DNA from: Candidatus Latescibacterota bacterium
GTDB lineage: Bacteria > Latescibacterota > UBA2968 > UBA8231
Length of the DNA stretch: 64,000 nt
Direction of reading: 5' to 3'
Assembly: GCA_965217585.1 (NCBI GenBank)
Contig: OZ244561.1
Coordinates: 5,088,001-5,152,000, forward strand
The notes under the pieces are model-generated. The model made no database searches. It was not told where the DNA came from and was given only the letters and a program-made list of their open reading frames with translations. Below, piece after piece: positions 1-11,013 of this stretch. The number at the start of each line of letters is the position of its first letter. The first letter of the stretch is position 1. The translations under genes and the position numbers were made by a program.

Positions 1-546
1 GGCGTAGCGGCCGCCCTGTTCCGCCGTCGGACGGTGGATCGAGCGCTGCCGCGCCAACTCCCCGAAGTCGGCGCCGCCCTGCAACAGGCGCACGATCACC
101 TCGGCCTCTTCCCTGCTCTCGACCACGATCTTGGCCGCCTTGACCGCGCGGTTCCGTCCGGTCTTCAGGTAGTGGTCGTGGATTTCCTGATCTTCGAGCG
201 CGATCTTCGCGTCCACTTCCCGGGCCAAGAACTCGTTCACCAGCCGTTCGGTCCATTCGCGCTCCAGCTTGCGGCGCAGGTCGGGGTCGCGGTCCCATCC
301 CCGCGCTGCCGCTTCCTGAATGAGGATCTCCTTGTCGATCAGGGCCTGCAGATGCTGCCGTCGGCCTTCAATGCCCGCCTCCTTGGACCTCAGGCTTTCC
401 GCCAGGCGCTCCTCGAAGCGGCGCAACTGCGCTGTGTGAATGCGGGTCTCTCCCACCTCGGCCAGCACCGGGCCATGGGCGTCTTCCCCACAACCGGACA
501 GGACCGCCCCCAGAGCTAGGACCAGCACCGATGTCGCAGGTCCCAT
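1..546 (-). CDS. Parvulin-type peptidyl-prolyl isomerase (PrsA/SurA/PpiC-like) lipoprotein, truncated by the window start
   Basis: Not in the ORF track. Manual translation from ATG at 546 (TGATG overlap with upstream stop) gives MGPATSVLVLALGAVLSG-CGED (lipobox), then ...VLAEVGETRI...LIDKEILIQEAAARG...GADFGELARQRSIHRPTAEQGG, which is a SurA-N-like helix followed by the parvulin start. Confidence 0.8.
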   Translation of the reverse strand, partial: MGPATSVLVLALGAVLSGCGEDAHGPVLAEVGETRIHTAQLRRFEERLAESLRSKEAGIEGRRQHLQALIDKEILIQEAAARGWDRDPDLRRKLEREWTERLVNEFLAREVDAKIALEDQEIHDHYLKTGRNRAVKAAKIVVESREEAEVIVRLLQGGADFGELARQRSIHRPTAEQGGRYA

Positions 547-3449
547 CACTCTCTCAATCCGGTGTATACGGTGAAATAGGACAGACCGCTGGTCTCCGAC
601 CGGCCTTTGTGGGCGAAGGTGTCGATCTTCCGGCGGTCCACCCGCATTCCAATCGTCGCCATAAGCCGGTATCCCACATAGCTGGTGGCATTGGTCAGCT
701 GCAGAGCGAGGGATAGCTCATTGAAATCGCCGGTGGGATCGCCCCGGTTCAGGCCGGCCACCGGGTCGTCTTCGAACGCCACCTCCTCCTGCGCGAAGTC
801 GCGGAAGATGACCTGCTCCAGGCCGACGATCACCCTGCTGTGTCTCAATACCGGGATGTCCAGTTGCAGGGAGGCCATGCCGGCCCACTCCTTGCGCTCG
901 AAGACCCGGTCGTTCAGAAGCCACTCCGTGTTGAACGGCGTATCGTCCATGAACAGCTCGTGCTTGACGCGCGGACGGAGTTGGATTCCGTTGCCCAGAG
1001 GCCAAAGCCAATCCAGCTTGTTGATCACACCGAGCCGCCGGGTGTGCTGCGAGATCTTCCGGCCCTTCCGGTCCACGGTGAGCTTCTCCCGCTGCCGCAG
1101 CACCTCATAGATTAGCTTGTTCTCGGAGTTGATGCCGGCATTGCCCTGGTGCTCGAAGACCAGGGATAGCTTGTTGACCCAGGTATTCGGCAGGCCCAGC
1201 GGATCCGGGATCGGGGTCATGCCCGCGTCCCTGAACCTTCCGTGCAGCCATTGGAAGAGGTCGTCGGCGATGTCGTCCTCGACCCGCTTCAGCATGTTGT
1301 AGACCGTCAGCTCGCCCACGCCGGGATAACTGCGCTCGAAGGCGAAAAGGGCATAGCTGCTCACGTTGGTCTCGCCGGTTGAGGGACGGCGCACCCGCTG
1401 GTGGCCCGCGGTGACCTTGGCGTCCGGCATGATCCACGCACCGCCGTACACGTTGAATCCGCGGCGATCGCGCTTGTAGGGGTAGTCGGGTTCGTTGTCG
1501 TTCTCGAAACGGTCCCCCCAGCCGTTGTTGTTCATGTCGATGCCGAAGAGATACTCGGGCCGGTCCACGCTGTAGCGCAGGAAAGGCTCGGCGTAGTCGG
1601 GCACATTGTTGGGCCGCACTCGGGTGTTGTTCTGGTTGAAATCGGAGATGAAATCGTTGTTCTCGTCGAGGCCGGGAAAAACCGCCTCGTCCGCGTACCC
1701 CTTGAACCCGCGCAGGATGCCGGTGCCCCGTTCCTCTTGTGTCCGGCCGTCGTCGAATATGCGCTGCTGGTCGTTCTTGCGGTCGTTGTCGTCGTTGTCG
1801 TCGACTAAGTCGTAGAGGTAGCGGGAATTGGCCAGAGGCGTGTCCGCGTAGTTGACCCGGCCCGCCGAGTCGAGGAACCGCATGGTGGTCGAGTATTCGG
1901 CGTCCATGCTGAAGGCCTCGCCGAAGAGGTAGTACGGATAGAAATCCCTGGCCACGTTGACCATCCACCCTGCGGCGGAGGGATTTCCCCGAATGCCCGA
2001 TGAGGTGGTGTGGGTGGTCCGGCTTACGTCGGGGTACTTGCGGTACTGGTGGTTCACGTTGAACTCGCCGTAGAGCCTGAACCCGGCCAGATCGTCGGCC
2101 TCCACCGTAAAGCCGAGGACCTGGCCGGCGGTGGGCAGTCCGTAGTCAAAGACCACGGCGCCCAGGTTGGAATGGTCCTTCACATTCCCCGGCGCCCGCA
2201 CCATGGTCCTGAACACCGGGCGCGGTTCGTAGAGGGCGTTGTCGGTCTGCTGGTCGGAAGTGACTTCGACCTTGTAGTCGTTGCTCAGGACCATCCGGAA
2301 CCGGACCTTCCTGATGTTGTTGATCACATCGGCTAGGGGCACCGCCGTTTCCAGATCGTCGCGGACCGCCGGGTCCGGATCCGCCAGCACGTAGTCCAGT
2401 CGGATCCGCGCCAGTTCGCCGTCGCCTTCGGCTGCCAGGAAGCCATCCCGAGAGACGCCTCCCGAAACCCTCGGATAGAAGCCGATCTGGCTGCCCACCA
2501 GCACCGTGTCCAGCTCTCCTACCCGGGTCGCGATCTCGATCTCGTGGGCGAAGAGGGCGGGACCTGACTCGCCGTCTTCCGGGGAATCGTCGGTAATCCG
2601 CACGGTGATCCGGTTGATGCGCGCGCCCGCCTGGTGGGAGCTCAGCCTGCCGGTGTATGGACTCCCGTCGAAGGGCTTGGTCGAGCTCCGCGCGTTGTGC
2701 GCGTTCACGAAGGTGCCGCCGAGGCGCGCGAAGTCGGCCACGTTCCAGACGGCCCGGAGACCGACGAGAGTGGTGAATTCGTCGATGAAACTGGACGTTG
2801 GCTCGACCAGCGGGACATTGATTCTGGACATGAGGGCAGTGGCCGAGCCGTGATCCGACATGTAGTCGAACTGGACCCCGTTGAAGGCCGTCTTCCGCAA
2901 GGTCATGGGCGTCAGGGTCGTGCTGATCTCGTCGCCGATGCTCACGCGGAAATGGTGCTGCCCCTTGGCGTCCGAAGAGACCACGAGGGAGCCGAGAAGG
3001 TTCTTGTACTGTTCGGTCTTGTGGAGCAGATTCCCCTCAGAGGTCCGGGGCCGGCTCTGCTGCCAGTCGTAGATCAGCCAGCCTCGGGTCAGGAGCCTGC
3101 CGTAGAGATCGTAGTGATAGTCGCCCTCCTGATCGGTGGCTAGGTAAGGCCAGTAGCGCTCGAGGGCATAGTTGGTCCCCTCCTCCCACCGCCAGCGGTA
3201 GCGGTTGGCGGCCTCCTGGGGCAGGTACCATTTCTTGAGGGATGGAACGAAGGCGTCCGGGCGCAGGCTGGGAGCCGCCGGGTAGTAGATCGCCCGGCCG
3301 CTCTCGCGGATTCCGAGGAGATTCCCGTAGCCCGACTGGGGCGCGCCGGGCTCGACGCCCAACGCGACCGCCAGCCCGACGAGGATGAGGATTCGGGACC
3401 CGGGCGGCCCGGGCCGCCCGGTGCGCGCTTCGGAGGGCTCGTCCATCAC
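546..3449 (-). CDS. Large secreted hypothetical protein, probable outer-membrane beta-barrel with Ca-binding Asp/Asn loops (paralog A1)
   Basis: 967-aa ORF with an N-terminal hydrophobic segment, DDNDDNDR / PGLDENNDFISDFNQN / GIDMNNNGWGDRFEND motifs, amphipathic beta-strand C-terminus ending YFTVYTGLRE; colinear with 3446-6250. Confidence 0.75.
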   Translation of the reverse strand: MMDEPSEARTGRPGPPGSRILILVGLAVALGVEPGAPQSGYGNLLGIRESGRAIYYPAAPSLRPDAFVPSLKKWYLPQEAANRYRWRWEEGTNYALERYWPYLATDQEGDYHYDLYGRLLTRGWLIYDWQQSRPRTSEGNLLHKTEQYKNLLGSLVVSSDAKGQHHFRVSIGDEISTTLTPMTLRKTAFNGVQFDYMSDHGSATALMSRINVPLVEPTSSFIDEFTTLVGLRAVWNVADFARLGGTFVNAHNARSSTKPFDGSPYTGRLSSHQAGARINRITVRITDDSPEDGESGPALFAHEIEIATRVGELDTVLVGSQIGFYPRVSGGVSRDGFLAAEGDGELARIRLDYVLADPDPAVRDDLETAVPLADVINNIRKVRFRMVLSNDYKVEVTSDQQTDNALYEPRPVFRTMVRAPGNVKDHSNLGAVVFDYGLPTAGQVLGFTVEADDLAGFRLYGEFNVNHQYRKYPDVSRTTHTTSSGIRGNPSAAGWMVNVARDFYPYYLFGEAFSMDAEYSTTMRFLDSAGRVNYADTPLANSRYLYDLVDDNDDNDRKNDQQRIFDDGRTQEERGTGILRGFKGYADEAVFPGLDENNDFISDFNQNNTRVRPNNVPDYAEPFLRYSVDRPEYLFGIDMNNNGWGDRFENDNEPDYPYKRDRRGFNVYGGAWIMPDAKVTAGHQRVRRPSTGETNVSSYALFAFERSYPGVGELTVYNMLKRVEDDIADDLFQWLHGRFRDAGMTPIPDPLGLPNTWVNKLSLVFEHQGNAGINSENKLIYEVLRQREKLTVDRKGRKISQHTRRLGVINKLDWLWPLGNGIQLRPRVKHELFMDDTPFNTEWLLNDRVFERKEWAGMASLQLDIPVLRHSRVIVGLEQVIFRDFAQEEVAFEDDPVAGLNRGDPTGDFNELSLALQLTNATSYVGYRLMATIGMRVDRRKIDTFAHKGRSETSGLSYFTVYTGLRE

Positions 3450-6250
3450 AGTCCAGCATAGACGGTTATGAAGGTGGTGCTCAATTCGCGGCCCCGGTCT
3501 TCCTTCACCGACTCTCCTAGGTCACCGGCGGCAATGAACTCGTCCCAGACCCGGGTGTACATGATGCCGAACCGGGTGGTCAGGGTATAGCCTTGGTATT
3601 CCCGGACGTTGGACCACTGGGCGGCCAGCACCAGGCTGCGGGAGTCCCCCGTGGCCCCCACCCGGTTGGCGGCGAGGGCCTCCTTCTCGTCCAGCATCAG
3701 ATCCGCAACCCGGTGGTACTCCAGCCCGGCCTCGAGAGACGACGCCTTCAACATGGGATGCCGCAGCAGCAGGATGCCTGTTCCCGTCCACTCCTGGCGC
3801 TCGTCGCCGCCCAGGATGAACGGCGTCTGGTTCAGGTACTCGCTCTTGATCTTGGGTTGGACCTCCAGGCCGCGGACGCGGTAGGTGTAATCCGCTTTGT
3901 TGATGAGCCCGAAGAAGTGGGTGCGATCCTCGAGGACGGGGCCGACGCCCCGCTCGTAGGCATCTCCCTGCTGAGCATACAGGTCGTACTTGATCTTGGT
4001 AATCGTCTTCAGCTCGCCGACCGGGCGATAATCCAGCTCCAGGTAGGTCGAGTTCACCCAGGTGTCGCGGGCCGGGAGCAGGTCCTCGATGTTGGCCAGG
4101 TTGCCGGTGGCCAGACCGAGGTAAGGAGTCATCTCCCGGCGGTCGTCGGGTATGGTGTCCCTGGTCCGCTTGAGCATGTCGTAGACCCGAACTGCGCCGA
4201 ACCGGGGATCGTCGTGGGTGAAGGCGACCAGCCCGTAGGTCGTGTGGTTCTTGCGATCGGAAGACAACGAGCTGACCCGCAGGTGCCCCAGGGCGGCCCT
4301 GATGGCGGGCGTTGCGAAAGCGCCGCCGTAAACGTTGTACCCCCGCTGGTCCTTCTTGTAGGGGTAGTCGGCCAGATCGTCGTTCTCGAAGCGGTCCACC
4401 CAGTTGTTGTTGTTCAGGTCGATGCCGAAGAGGAACTCGGGCCGGTCCGAATGGTAGCGGAAGAAGGGCTCCTCGTAGTCGGGGATGCGATTCGGCAGAA
4501 TGGCGCTGTCGTTCTGATTGAAGTCCGACACGAAGTCGATGTTCTCGTCCCATCCCGGGAACACGTTGGCATCACCGGAGCCCTGCTCAAACCGGGCCCA
4601 GTCGGAAAACCGGTCCTGGTCGTCATTGTCCTCGACGAACTCGTAGAGGTGCCGGGCCGAATGGTCGTAGAGGACGTCCCCCTGGCTGTCTACGAGGTAC
4701 GCCGTGGTGGAGTAGTCGGGGTCCATGCTGAAGGCCTCTCCGAAGGCGAAGAACGGATAGGCCACCTTCGACACATTGACGATCAACGCCTCTGCCTCCC
4801 TCGAATAGCTGGACAGAGCGCGGTCTGCTTGGGCCAGGCTGGGGTTGGGGAACTGGTGGTAGGACCGGCTGATGGCCAGTTCGGCGTAGGCATCAAGACC
4901 CATCACATCCTTGACGTCTATGGTGAATCCATAGACCATGTTCGCCGTGGGCAAGCCGTATTCGAAGACGAGCCGGGTCTGGTTGGAGTTGTCCGACACA
5001 TTGCCCTCGGCCCGGGCCACCTCGAAGAGCGCCGGCGCCAGCTCGTCGATATCTTCGCCGCTGAGCGGCAGGTTGGGCATGGGGCGCAATCCGGTCTGAC
5101 GGTCGGACCATACCTCGATGCGGTAGTCGTTGGCCACCACCAGATCGAAGGTGATCTTCGTGATGGTGTTCGGACGCGGCCCGGTGTAGGCGATGTCGTT
5201 GAGGTCGTAACTGATTACGATCTTCTCGTCCCCGTCCGCGCTCTGGAAGCCCTCGTGGTGGAATCCGCCGCTGACCACGGGCCACGCGGCCGGATCGGTC
5301 ACCATCGCCCGCTGGCGGATCTCCTCCCGCCTCCCGGTGGCCGGATCCTCCGTGGTTATGATGATCTCGTGCGAGAACAGGGCCGCGCCGGCCACGCCGT
5401 CCTCCGGTGAATCGTCGCTCAGAACAAGGGCCAGGCCGCCCACCGGGACCGCCCCCTGGTTGGCAGCCAGCGTGCCTTTGAGCGGGTTTCGCTCGAAAGC
5501 GTCCTCGAAGGTCTGGGAGTTGTGGGCGTTGACCAGAGTCGCCCCCACTTCCACGAAGTCCCCAACCTCGGCGACGACCCGCCCCCCCATCAGGTTGGTG
5601 CCATTGGTCACCGTCACGGGCGCGTTCTTGGGCGTGGTACCTGCGACGGCAAAGCTGATCCGGGAAAAGAGCAGCGTGCCGCGGTACTTGTCCGAGGCGA
5701 AGTCCATCTGTATGCCGTTGAAGTTGGGCTTGGAGAAGGTAAGCGGCGTCAACGCCGTTCTGATCTGATTCCCGGCCGTTATGGCATAGTGAAACTGGCC
5801 CCTCGAATCCGAGCTCACCAGGACGCTGTTGAACCAGCCGGCGAACCTGGGATCCTTGTAGAGCGAGGAACCAAACTGCCCGGGCTGGTTCTGGTTCCAG
5901 TCGTAGACCAGCCACCCCCGGGTCAGGTAGTTGCCGTAGAGATCGTAGAAGGGGTCGCCCTCGCGGTCGGTGTTTACGTACCGCTGGTACTGTTCGCGGG
6001 CATAGTTGGAGTACTCCCACTGCTGCCAGCCGTACAGCTCGTACAGCTCATGTGGCACATACCACTTCTTGAGGGCCGGATCTAGGGCGTCGAAGATGAC
6101 CCCAGGTCCCCTCGGTTCATAGGTTATCTCCCCCCCTCGCCGCTCTCCGAGACGCCGGACGGAGGACTGACCGCACACCTCGGATGCCTGAAGTGTGGCG
6201 ATGAGCACGAACGCGATCAGCACTCCCGCCGCCTTGCCGGTCGTCAACAT
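3446..6250 (-). CDS. Large secreted hypothetical protein, probable outer-membrane beta-barrel (paralog A2)
   Basis: 934-aa ORF, signal peptide, same motif series as 546-3449, ends FITVYAGL; ATGA overlap with the next gene. Confidence 0.75.
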   Translation of the reverse strand: MLTTGKAAGVLIAFVLIATLQASEVCGQSSVRRLGERRGGEITYEPRGPGVIFDALDPALKKWYVPHELYELYGWQQWEYSNYAREQYQRYVNTDREGDPFYDLYGNYLTRGWLVYDWNQNQPGQFGSSLYKDPRFAGWFNSVLVSSDSRGQFHYAITAGNQIRTALTPLTFSKPNFNGIQMDFASDKYRGTLLFSRISFAVAGTTPKNAPVTVTNGTNLMGGRVVAEVGDFVEVGATLVNAHNSQTFEDAFERNPLKGTLAANQGAVPVGGLALVLSDDSPEDGVAGAALFSHEIIITTEDPATGRREEIRQRAMVTDPAAWPVVSGGFHHEGFQSADGDEKIVISYDLNDIAYTGPRPNTITKITFDLVVANDYRIEVWSDRQTGLRPMPNLPLSGEDIDELAPALFEVARAEGNVSDNSNQTRLVFEYGLPTANMVYGFTIDVKDVMGLDAYAELAISRSYHQFPNPSLAQADRALSSYSREAEALIVNVSKVAYPFFAFGEAFSMDPDYSTTAYLVDSQGDVLYDHSARHLYEFVEDNDDQDRFSDWARFEQGSGDANVFPGWDENIDFVSDFNQNDSAILPNRIPDYEEPFFRYHSDRPEFLFGIDLNNNNWVDRFENDDLADYPYKKDQRGYNVYGGAFATPAIRAALGHLRVSSLSSDRKNHTTYGLVAFTHDDPRFGAVRVYDMLKRTRDTIPDDRREMTPYLGLATGNLANIEDLLPARDTWVNSTYLELDYRPVGELKTITKIKYDLYAQQGDAYERGVGPVLEDRTHFFGLINKADYTYRVRGLEVQPKIKSEYLNQTPFILGGDERQEWTGTGILLLRHPMLKASSLEAGLEYHRVADLMLDEKEALAANRVGATGDSRSLVLAAQWSNVREYQGYTLTTRFGIMYTRVWDEFIAAGDLGESVKEDRGRELSTTFITVYAGL

Positions 6251-6287
6251 GGAGAGGCCCTCTCTCGGTGAAATCGCCGGACCAGTT

Positions 6288-8471
6288 TCAGTATGCCACT
6301 TCGACGACGGTGGTGGCCGTCTCGGCGCTGGCCGCGCTGTGCACCTCTACGTGAGCCAGATAGATCCCGGGCGGCACGAGCTCGCCACCGCCGTTGGTTC
6401 CATCCCATGGGATCGACCAGTGACCGCCTCCCTGCTCGCCGGAGAAGAGGCGGCGGACCAGGTGGCCGGCCAGATCGAGCACCCTCACCTCCACGGCCAC
6501 GGGACCGATCACGCGCGACAGGTCGTAGGAGATGCGGGTCCGGTCGTTGATCCCGTCGCCGTTGGGGCTGAAGGGCCGCGGTACGGCCCGGGTATTGATC
6601 AGGACGTCGCCGCCCGAAAGGGGCACGTCCACCGACAGCACCCGCGGATCCGCCGTTCCCACCGGAGGAAAGGTGGCGTCCTCGGGGCCGAGGTGGTCCG
6701 CGTTTCCGGCGAGGATCTTCTGACCGCTGATCCCGGTCCCGGTGTTGCCGGCCCACCCGGTAAAGGTCGTCCCGTATCTGAGGACGCGGCAGCGAAACCG
6801 GATCCTCAGGACGGCGGCCTCGTCGGCCTCGAGGTCGCTATCCGTTATGAGCGGGAAGCGCACCCGGAACCGCCGTTCCTCCACCGCCTCGATGCCGAAG
6901 TCGGCGGCCGGATCGGTGGGCAGCGCCGACGGGCTCAGATCCTGACCGGAGAAATCCGCCGCCTCGGTGCGACCGTCGCGGAAAAGGACCTGGACCGAGT
7001 CGATCGCTTCGACCCGGACCGGCGTGGCGATCTCGAAGGTGTCGAAGCCGCTGTCCCGGCCCGGCCGTATCCGGGTCGGCATGACCGCGTAGGTGAAGGT
7101 TTCCGGAACGGCCAGCTCGACCTGACGAGGGTAGATCTCTCCGACGATCCGCTCGGCCGCCGGCGGAAACACCGTGAAGGCCAGCTGCCCAACCCCGGTC
7201 GCTGCCTCCAGGTCCCGGCTCACCAGTTCGACCCGGACCTGAAAATAGCGCCGTGGGCCTGGAGTGCTGACGACCGCCCCGAGCGGCTCGTCATTGATGT
7301 TCTCGACCGTGATGCCGCTGGTGCCCTCTTGCCCATAGGGAGCCGACCACGGCGTCCAGGCGTCTGGATCGTCCCGGATCTCGCCCCGTGGCCTCAGGCC
7401 GCGATAGTCCTCCAAGCTCAGAGCAACCCGGTTCTTTTCTGCCAGCGGCAGCGCCCGGTAGGCTCGCAGCGCATCGAGCGGCTCCAGATCGTCTAGGGCA
7501 ATCTGCTCTCCCTCGGCCGTGGTGGCGACCGCGCCCTGCTTCCAGGGGAGATTCACCGAACCACCGGGACCGGGGCGGGTGAATTCCAGAGGCGTATCGT
7601 CATGCCCGGCGCGCGTCGTAATGCGGGCCTGCGCCAGCCCTTGGGGACCCAGGCTCTCCTCGATCCACCGGATCTTGCCCCACACGCCCCAGTTGTCCCC
7701 CAGATCGTAGACATTGGAGATGTACTGGGCCCCGGGCACGAACCCCGCCCCGAATACCCGAAACTCGGCGATTTCGAAGCCGACGACCGTCTGGGACTTC
7801 AGTCGCAGGAAGCGCAGGTACTGGGGGGGAATCCGCAGGTCGACCACGGGCTGGTCGTTCTGCAGCTCCAGCTTGAAGCTGGTCCGCACCGGCCTGCCGG
7901 ACTCGTCTCTGGCATTCTCGCTGCCGTCGTTGACCAGAAGCTCGTACGCGCGCAGATAGTCGTTCTGGAACGGAAAGTCGGGCGTCTCGAAACCTGGAGC
8001 GTTCCTCGGAAAGAACTGGATCCGGTTCACCCCGAAGGGCGCGCCCAGGTCAACGTCGAACATGGCCCCGAAGGCGAGGACCTGCGGCCCCCCCGCTTCG
8101 CCCTTCTGGGTGAAAGCCGTCTCGAGATCGCCGTCCACCATCAGGAGCAGTTCCTCGGCGATGCCGAGCGTCAAGATGTTCGGCGAGGTCAGGGTGGCTC
8201 CGGCCGCGATATTCCTGGTGGAGTCGGCTCTCTGGGGGAAGATCCAGCCCGGTTTTCCGGGAGAGTCGAAGTCCACCACATCGCCCGGGGTGTTGGTGAT
8301 CGCGGCCTCGGCGACACTGATCTGCACCGCGGCCGGGATCTGGCCGCCGCCGCCGTTCCAGGGTTGGCCGCTGGCGCCGCCCAGCACCCGGCTTTCGGCA
8401 GCCAGATTCTGGGCCACCAGGCAGAATGCCCCGAGCACGCCCAGGCTGAGGCTGATCCACTGCATTCTCAC
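6288..8471 (-). CDS. Secreted protein with discoidin/F5-8C-like region and C-terminal FlgD Ig-like domain (paralog B1)
   Basis: Signal peptide; DGDLETAF..DLGAPFGVNRIQFFPR; C-terminal PFSPNGDGIND...WDGTNGGGELVPPGIY...VEVAY. Confidence 0.75.
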   Translation of the reverse strand: MRMQWISLSLGVLGAFCLVAQNLAAESRVLGGASGQPWNGGGGQIPAAVQISVAEAAITNTPGDVVDFDSPGKPGWIFPQRADSTRNIAAGATLTSPNILTLGIAEELLLMVDGDLETAFTQKGEAGGPQVLAFGAMFDVDLGAPFGVNRIQFFPRNAPGFETPDFPFQNDYLRAYELLVNDGSENARDESGRPVRTSFKLELQNDQPVVDLRIPPQYLRFLRLKSQTVVGFEIAEFRVFGAGFVPGAQYISNVYDLGDNWGVWGKIRWIEESLGPQGLAQARITTRAGHDDTPLEFTRPGPGGSVNLPWKQGAVATTAEGEQIALDDLEPLDALRAYRALPLAEKNRVALSLEDYRGLRPRGEIRDDPDAWTPWSAPYGQEGTSGITVENINDEPLGAVVSTPGPRRYFQVRVELVSRDLEAATGVGQLAFTVFPPAAERIVGEIYPRQVELAVPETFTYAVMPTRIRPGRDSGFDTFEIATPVRVEAIDSVQVLFRDGRTEAADFSGQDLSPSALPTDPAADFGIEAVEERRFRVRFPLITDSDLEADEAAVLRIRFRCRVLRYGTTFTGWAGNTGTGISGQKILAGNADHLGPEDATFPPVGTADPRVLSVDVPLSGGDVLINTRAVPRPFSPNGDGINDRTRISYDLSRVIGPVAVEVRVLDLAGHLVRRLFSGEQGGGHWSIPWDGTNGGGELVPPGIYLAHVEVHSAASAETATTVVEVAY

Positions 8472-8487
8472 TCGATAGACCCTGGCG

Positions 8488-11013
8488 TCAATACGCTACG
8501 TGGACCACGCGGTGCGCCTTGCGGCTCGATACGTCCGCGTCCGAATCCACCTCGATCTCCAACAGGTAGGTCCCGGGAGGCACCAGCCGGCCGCTCTGGT
8601 CGTGGCCGGACCAGCGGACCGTGTAGGATCCGCTCACGAGGGGACGCCGCTCCTCCCACGCCCGCACCAGGCCGCCGCCCAGATCGTAGAGGCGGGTCCT
8701 CACCGCGCGCTGCCCGGTGAGTCGGAAGACCGAGAACTCGAACCGCGCTTCGTCGTTGATCCCATCCCCGTTCGGGGTCAGGATCGGAGCACTGATCGTC
8801 AACGGGCCCATCACCCGCCTGTCTTCCAACGGCCCTCGCAACAGCATCCCCTGACTCGAGGCCAGGGCGGTTGCATCGCCGGGATCCACCCGTTGCCACC
8901 GATCGGCCTCGGACGAATTTCCCAGTTCCGCCTGCAGGATGGCACCGGGGCGGAACAGGGTCGTGGTGAACCGCACTTCGATCAGGTCGATGTCGGAGCC
9001 CATCGCCGAATCGAGGCGCACCCACAGCGAGTCCGATCCGGCCGGGACCTGCTCCAGATCGGATGGTCCCAGTTCGGCCACCGGGCCGGCTTCCCACTGC
9101 GACTCCCGGCCCATGCGGAGGAGGTGAAAATCCAGGTCCACCCCGGGAGCGTACAGGCGAATCTGGTCCATTCCCGGGCCGCTCCGCAGGAACCGGGCTT
9201 TGACGAACAGGGACAGGGTGTCGATGGCACCCAACTCGGATACCAAGGCCGGCTCGAGCTCGCCCCGGACCTGCCGGGCTAGGGGATCGAGAAAGTTCAG
9301 CCGAATCGACCGCAGGGAGGCCGCCTGGTGCGGATCATCCGTCATCAGCCAGGCCTGGAGCATTAGGTACGACCGCGGGCTCGGCGACGTGACGGCCCCC
9401 CCCGAGACCTCGTATTCCTCGCTCCAGTCGCTCCAGTCACCCCCCGGCACCTGCTCGGGCACGATGTCGATCTCCTTCTTGGCGAATTTGTTCAGCTTGT
9501 CGTAGGCCTCTTCGGTTATCTCGGTGCCGTCCTTCTTGAAGTAGCGGAGGACATCGGCGAGCTGGTTGCCGGTCCGACTGCGCAGCGCGATGGAGGTCCC
9601 GGGGGGCGTGTCTCCCTCCCACTCGATCGAGTTCAGCGTCCGGGTGCCGCCCAGCGTGATCAGGGGGGACGTGAGGGAAACGCGAGGCTGGTATCCCTCA
9701 CCGTAGAACTGCATCTCCCGCGTGTCCGCGTTGCCTCCCGCCATGCCGCCGGAATAGGGAATGCTGATGTAGCGGGCGACCGTGGGTTCGAACACGTTGG
9801 CGTGGTAATCCATGCCGCCGTCGCCCCCGAGCGCCTGGCTGGTCCAGGCCAGTGTTCCCTCGGGTGTCAGGGTGCCGTCCGAGGTCTGGATTTCGTACTT
9901 GGTGATGGGTCCCTCGTAACCCTTGTTCTGGAAGAGCATCTGCACTCGATCCACCCAAAAGAAGGTGCCCAGGTCGAAGAAGAAGAAGCGCTGGGCGGGC
10001 TTGACGACGGTGGTCACGACCGTCGTTTCATACAGGCCGTCCACCAAGCTGGTGACTGCGGTGGTATCAGTCTCTATCTTTTGCGCCACCCCCCGGCGGG
10101 CCGTCAACCCCAGGGCGATGTTCTCGCCTATCGTCCGCACTTCCATCTCGGCCAGACGAGGACGCTCGCGGCGGAAGTACCGGACCTCGCCACGCGATCC
10201 CGCGTCGATCGCTTCGTAGATCTCCGGCTCGACCCGGATGCTCCCATCGGCCACCCTCTTATAGTAGTCCACCGCCCCCCGGCGGCCCGGCTCCAGGGCG
10301 TCGTAGACTTCGCGGGATACTTCGGTGCCTCGCACCGAGTCACTTTCCGTCACCACGAGCTGGACGTACCGGATCTCGTCCCCCCGCCACTCAGGATCGC
10401 GGGCGTCTCCCGACGGTTTCAGCTCAATGTCGAAGACACGTTGGCTCTTGTTCGCGCCCGGACTCGCGTAGGCGACGACGTAGCTCTTGACGTCCCTCAG
10501 GCCCTGCTCGGGACGGTCGCCGTCCGAGGTCAGAAGGGTATACTGGAGAAAGGGATCCCCGAGATCCTCGTCCACGAAGGTCAGGAGGATGCGGGTCGCG
10601 GACACGACCCGCCCCAGATCCAGCTCGAACCACCAGTCGCGCAGCGGCTGGCTCGTGTTTGGCTGCCAGTACGAGGTCAGATCCCCGTCAAGGAGGTTGG
10701 CTACCCCGGCCGCATTGGTGCCGGCACTCACCGCATCCATCAAGTCGACGTCTTCGGCCGTGACTCCTTTGGGCGGGTTCCGGCTCAGGTGCTCGACAAT
10801 GTCCTGGGTCGCGTCGATATCCTTGGCCACAAAGTGCGGTCGGGCCGTGGCCGCCGGGGCGAAGAACTCCACCGTGCCGGCCGGGAAATCCCAGGTTTTC
10901 AGGTGGCGGCCCTCTACCACGATCTGGTTGCCGCGGATGACGTACCCCTGGCCCCAGACCGCGCTGCCACACAGGACCCAGAGAGCCAGCGCCAAGCTGA
11001 TCCTGCCGTTCAT
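8488..11013 (-). CDS. Secreted protein with discoidin-like repeats and C-terminal FlgD Ig-like domain (paralog B2)
   Basis: Start reassigned to MNGRISLALALWVLCGSAVWG (signal peptide); LDGDLTSYW..ELDLGR; C-terminal LTPNGDGIND...WSGHDQSGRLVPPGTY...VHVAY. Confidence 0.75.
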   Translation of the reverse strand: MNGRISLALALWVLCGSAVWGQGYVIRGNQIVVEGRHLKTWDFPAGTVEFFAPAATARPHFVAKDIDATQDIVEHLSRNPPKGVTAEDVDLMDAVSAGTNAAGVANLLDGDLTSYWQPNTSQPLRDWWFELDLGRVVSATRILLTFVDEDLGDPFLQYTLLTSDGDRPEQGLRDVKSYVVAYASPGANKSQRVFDIELKPSGDARDPEWRGDEIRYVQLVVTESDSVRGTEVSREVYDALEPGRRGAVDYYKRVADGSIRVEPEIYEAIDAGSRGEVRYFRRERPRLAEMEVRTIGENIALGLTARRGVAQKIETDTTAVTSLVDGLYETTVVTTVVKPAQRFFFFDLGTFFWVDRVQMLFQNKGYEGPITKYEIQTSDGTLTPEGTLAWTSQALGGDGGMDYHANVFEPTVARYISIPYSGGMAGGNADTREMQFYGEGYQPRVSLTSPLITLGGTRTLNSIEWEGDTPPGTSIALRSRTGNQLADVLRYFKKDGTEITEEAYDKLNKFAKKEIDIVPEQVPGGDWSDWSEEYEVSGGAVTSPSPRSYLMLQAWLMTDDPHQAASLRSIRLNFLDPLARQVRGELEPALVSELGAIDTLSLFVKARFLRSGPGMDQIRLYAPGVDLDFHLLRMGRESQWEAGPVAELGPSDLEQVPAGSDSLWVRLDSAMGSDIDLIEVRFTTTLFRPGAILQAELGNSSEADRWQRVDPGDATALASSQGMLLRGPLEDRRVMGPLTISAPILTPNGDGINDEARFEFSVFRLTGQRAVRTRLYDLGGGLVRAWEERRPLVSGSYTVRWSGHDQSGRLVPPGTYLLEIEVDSDADVSSRKAHRVVHVAY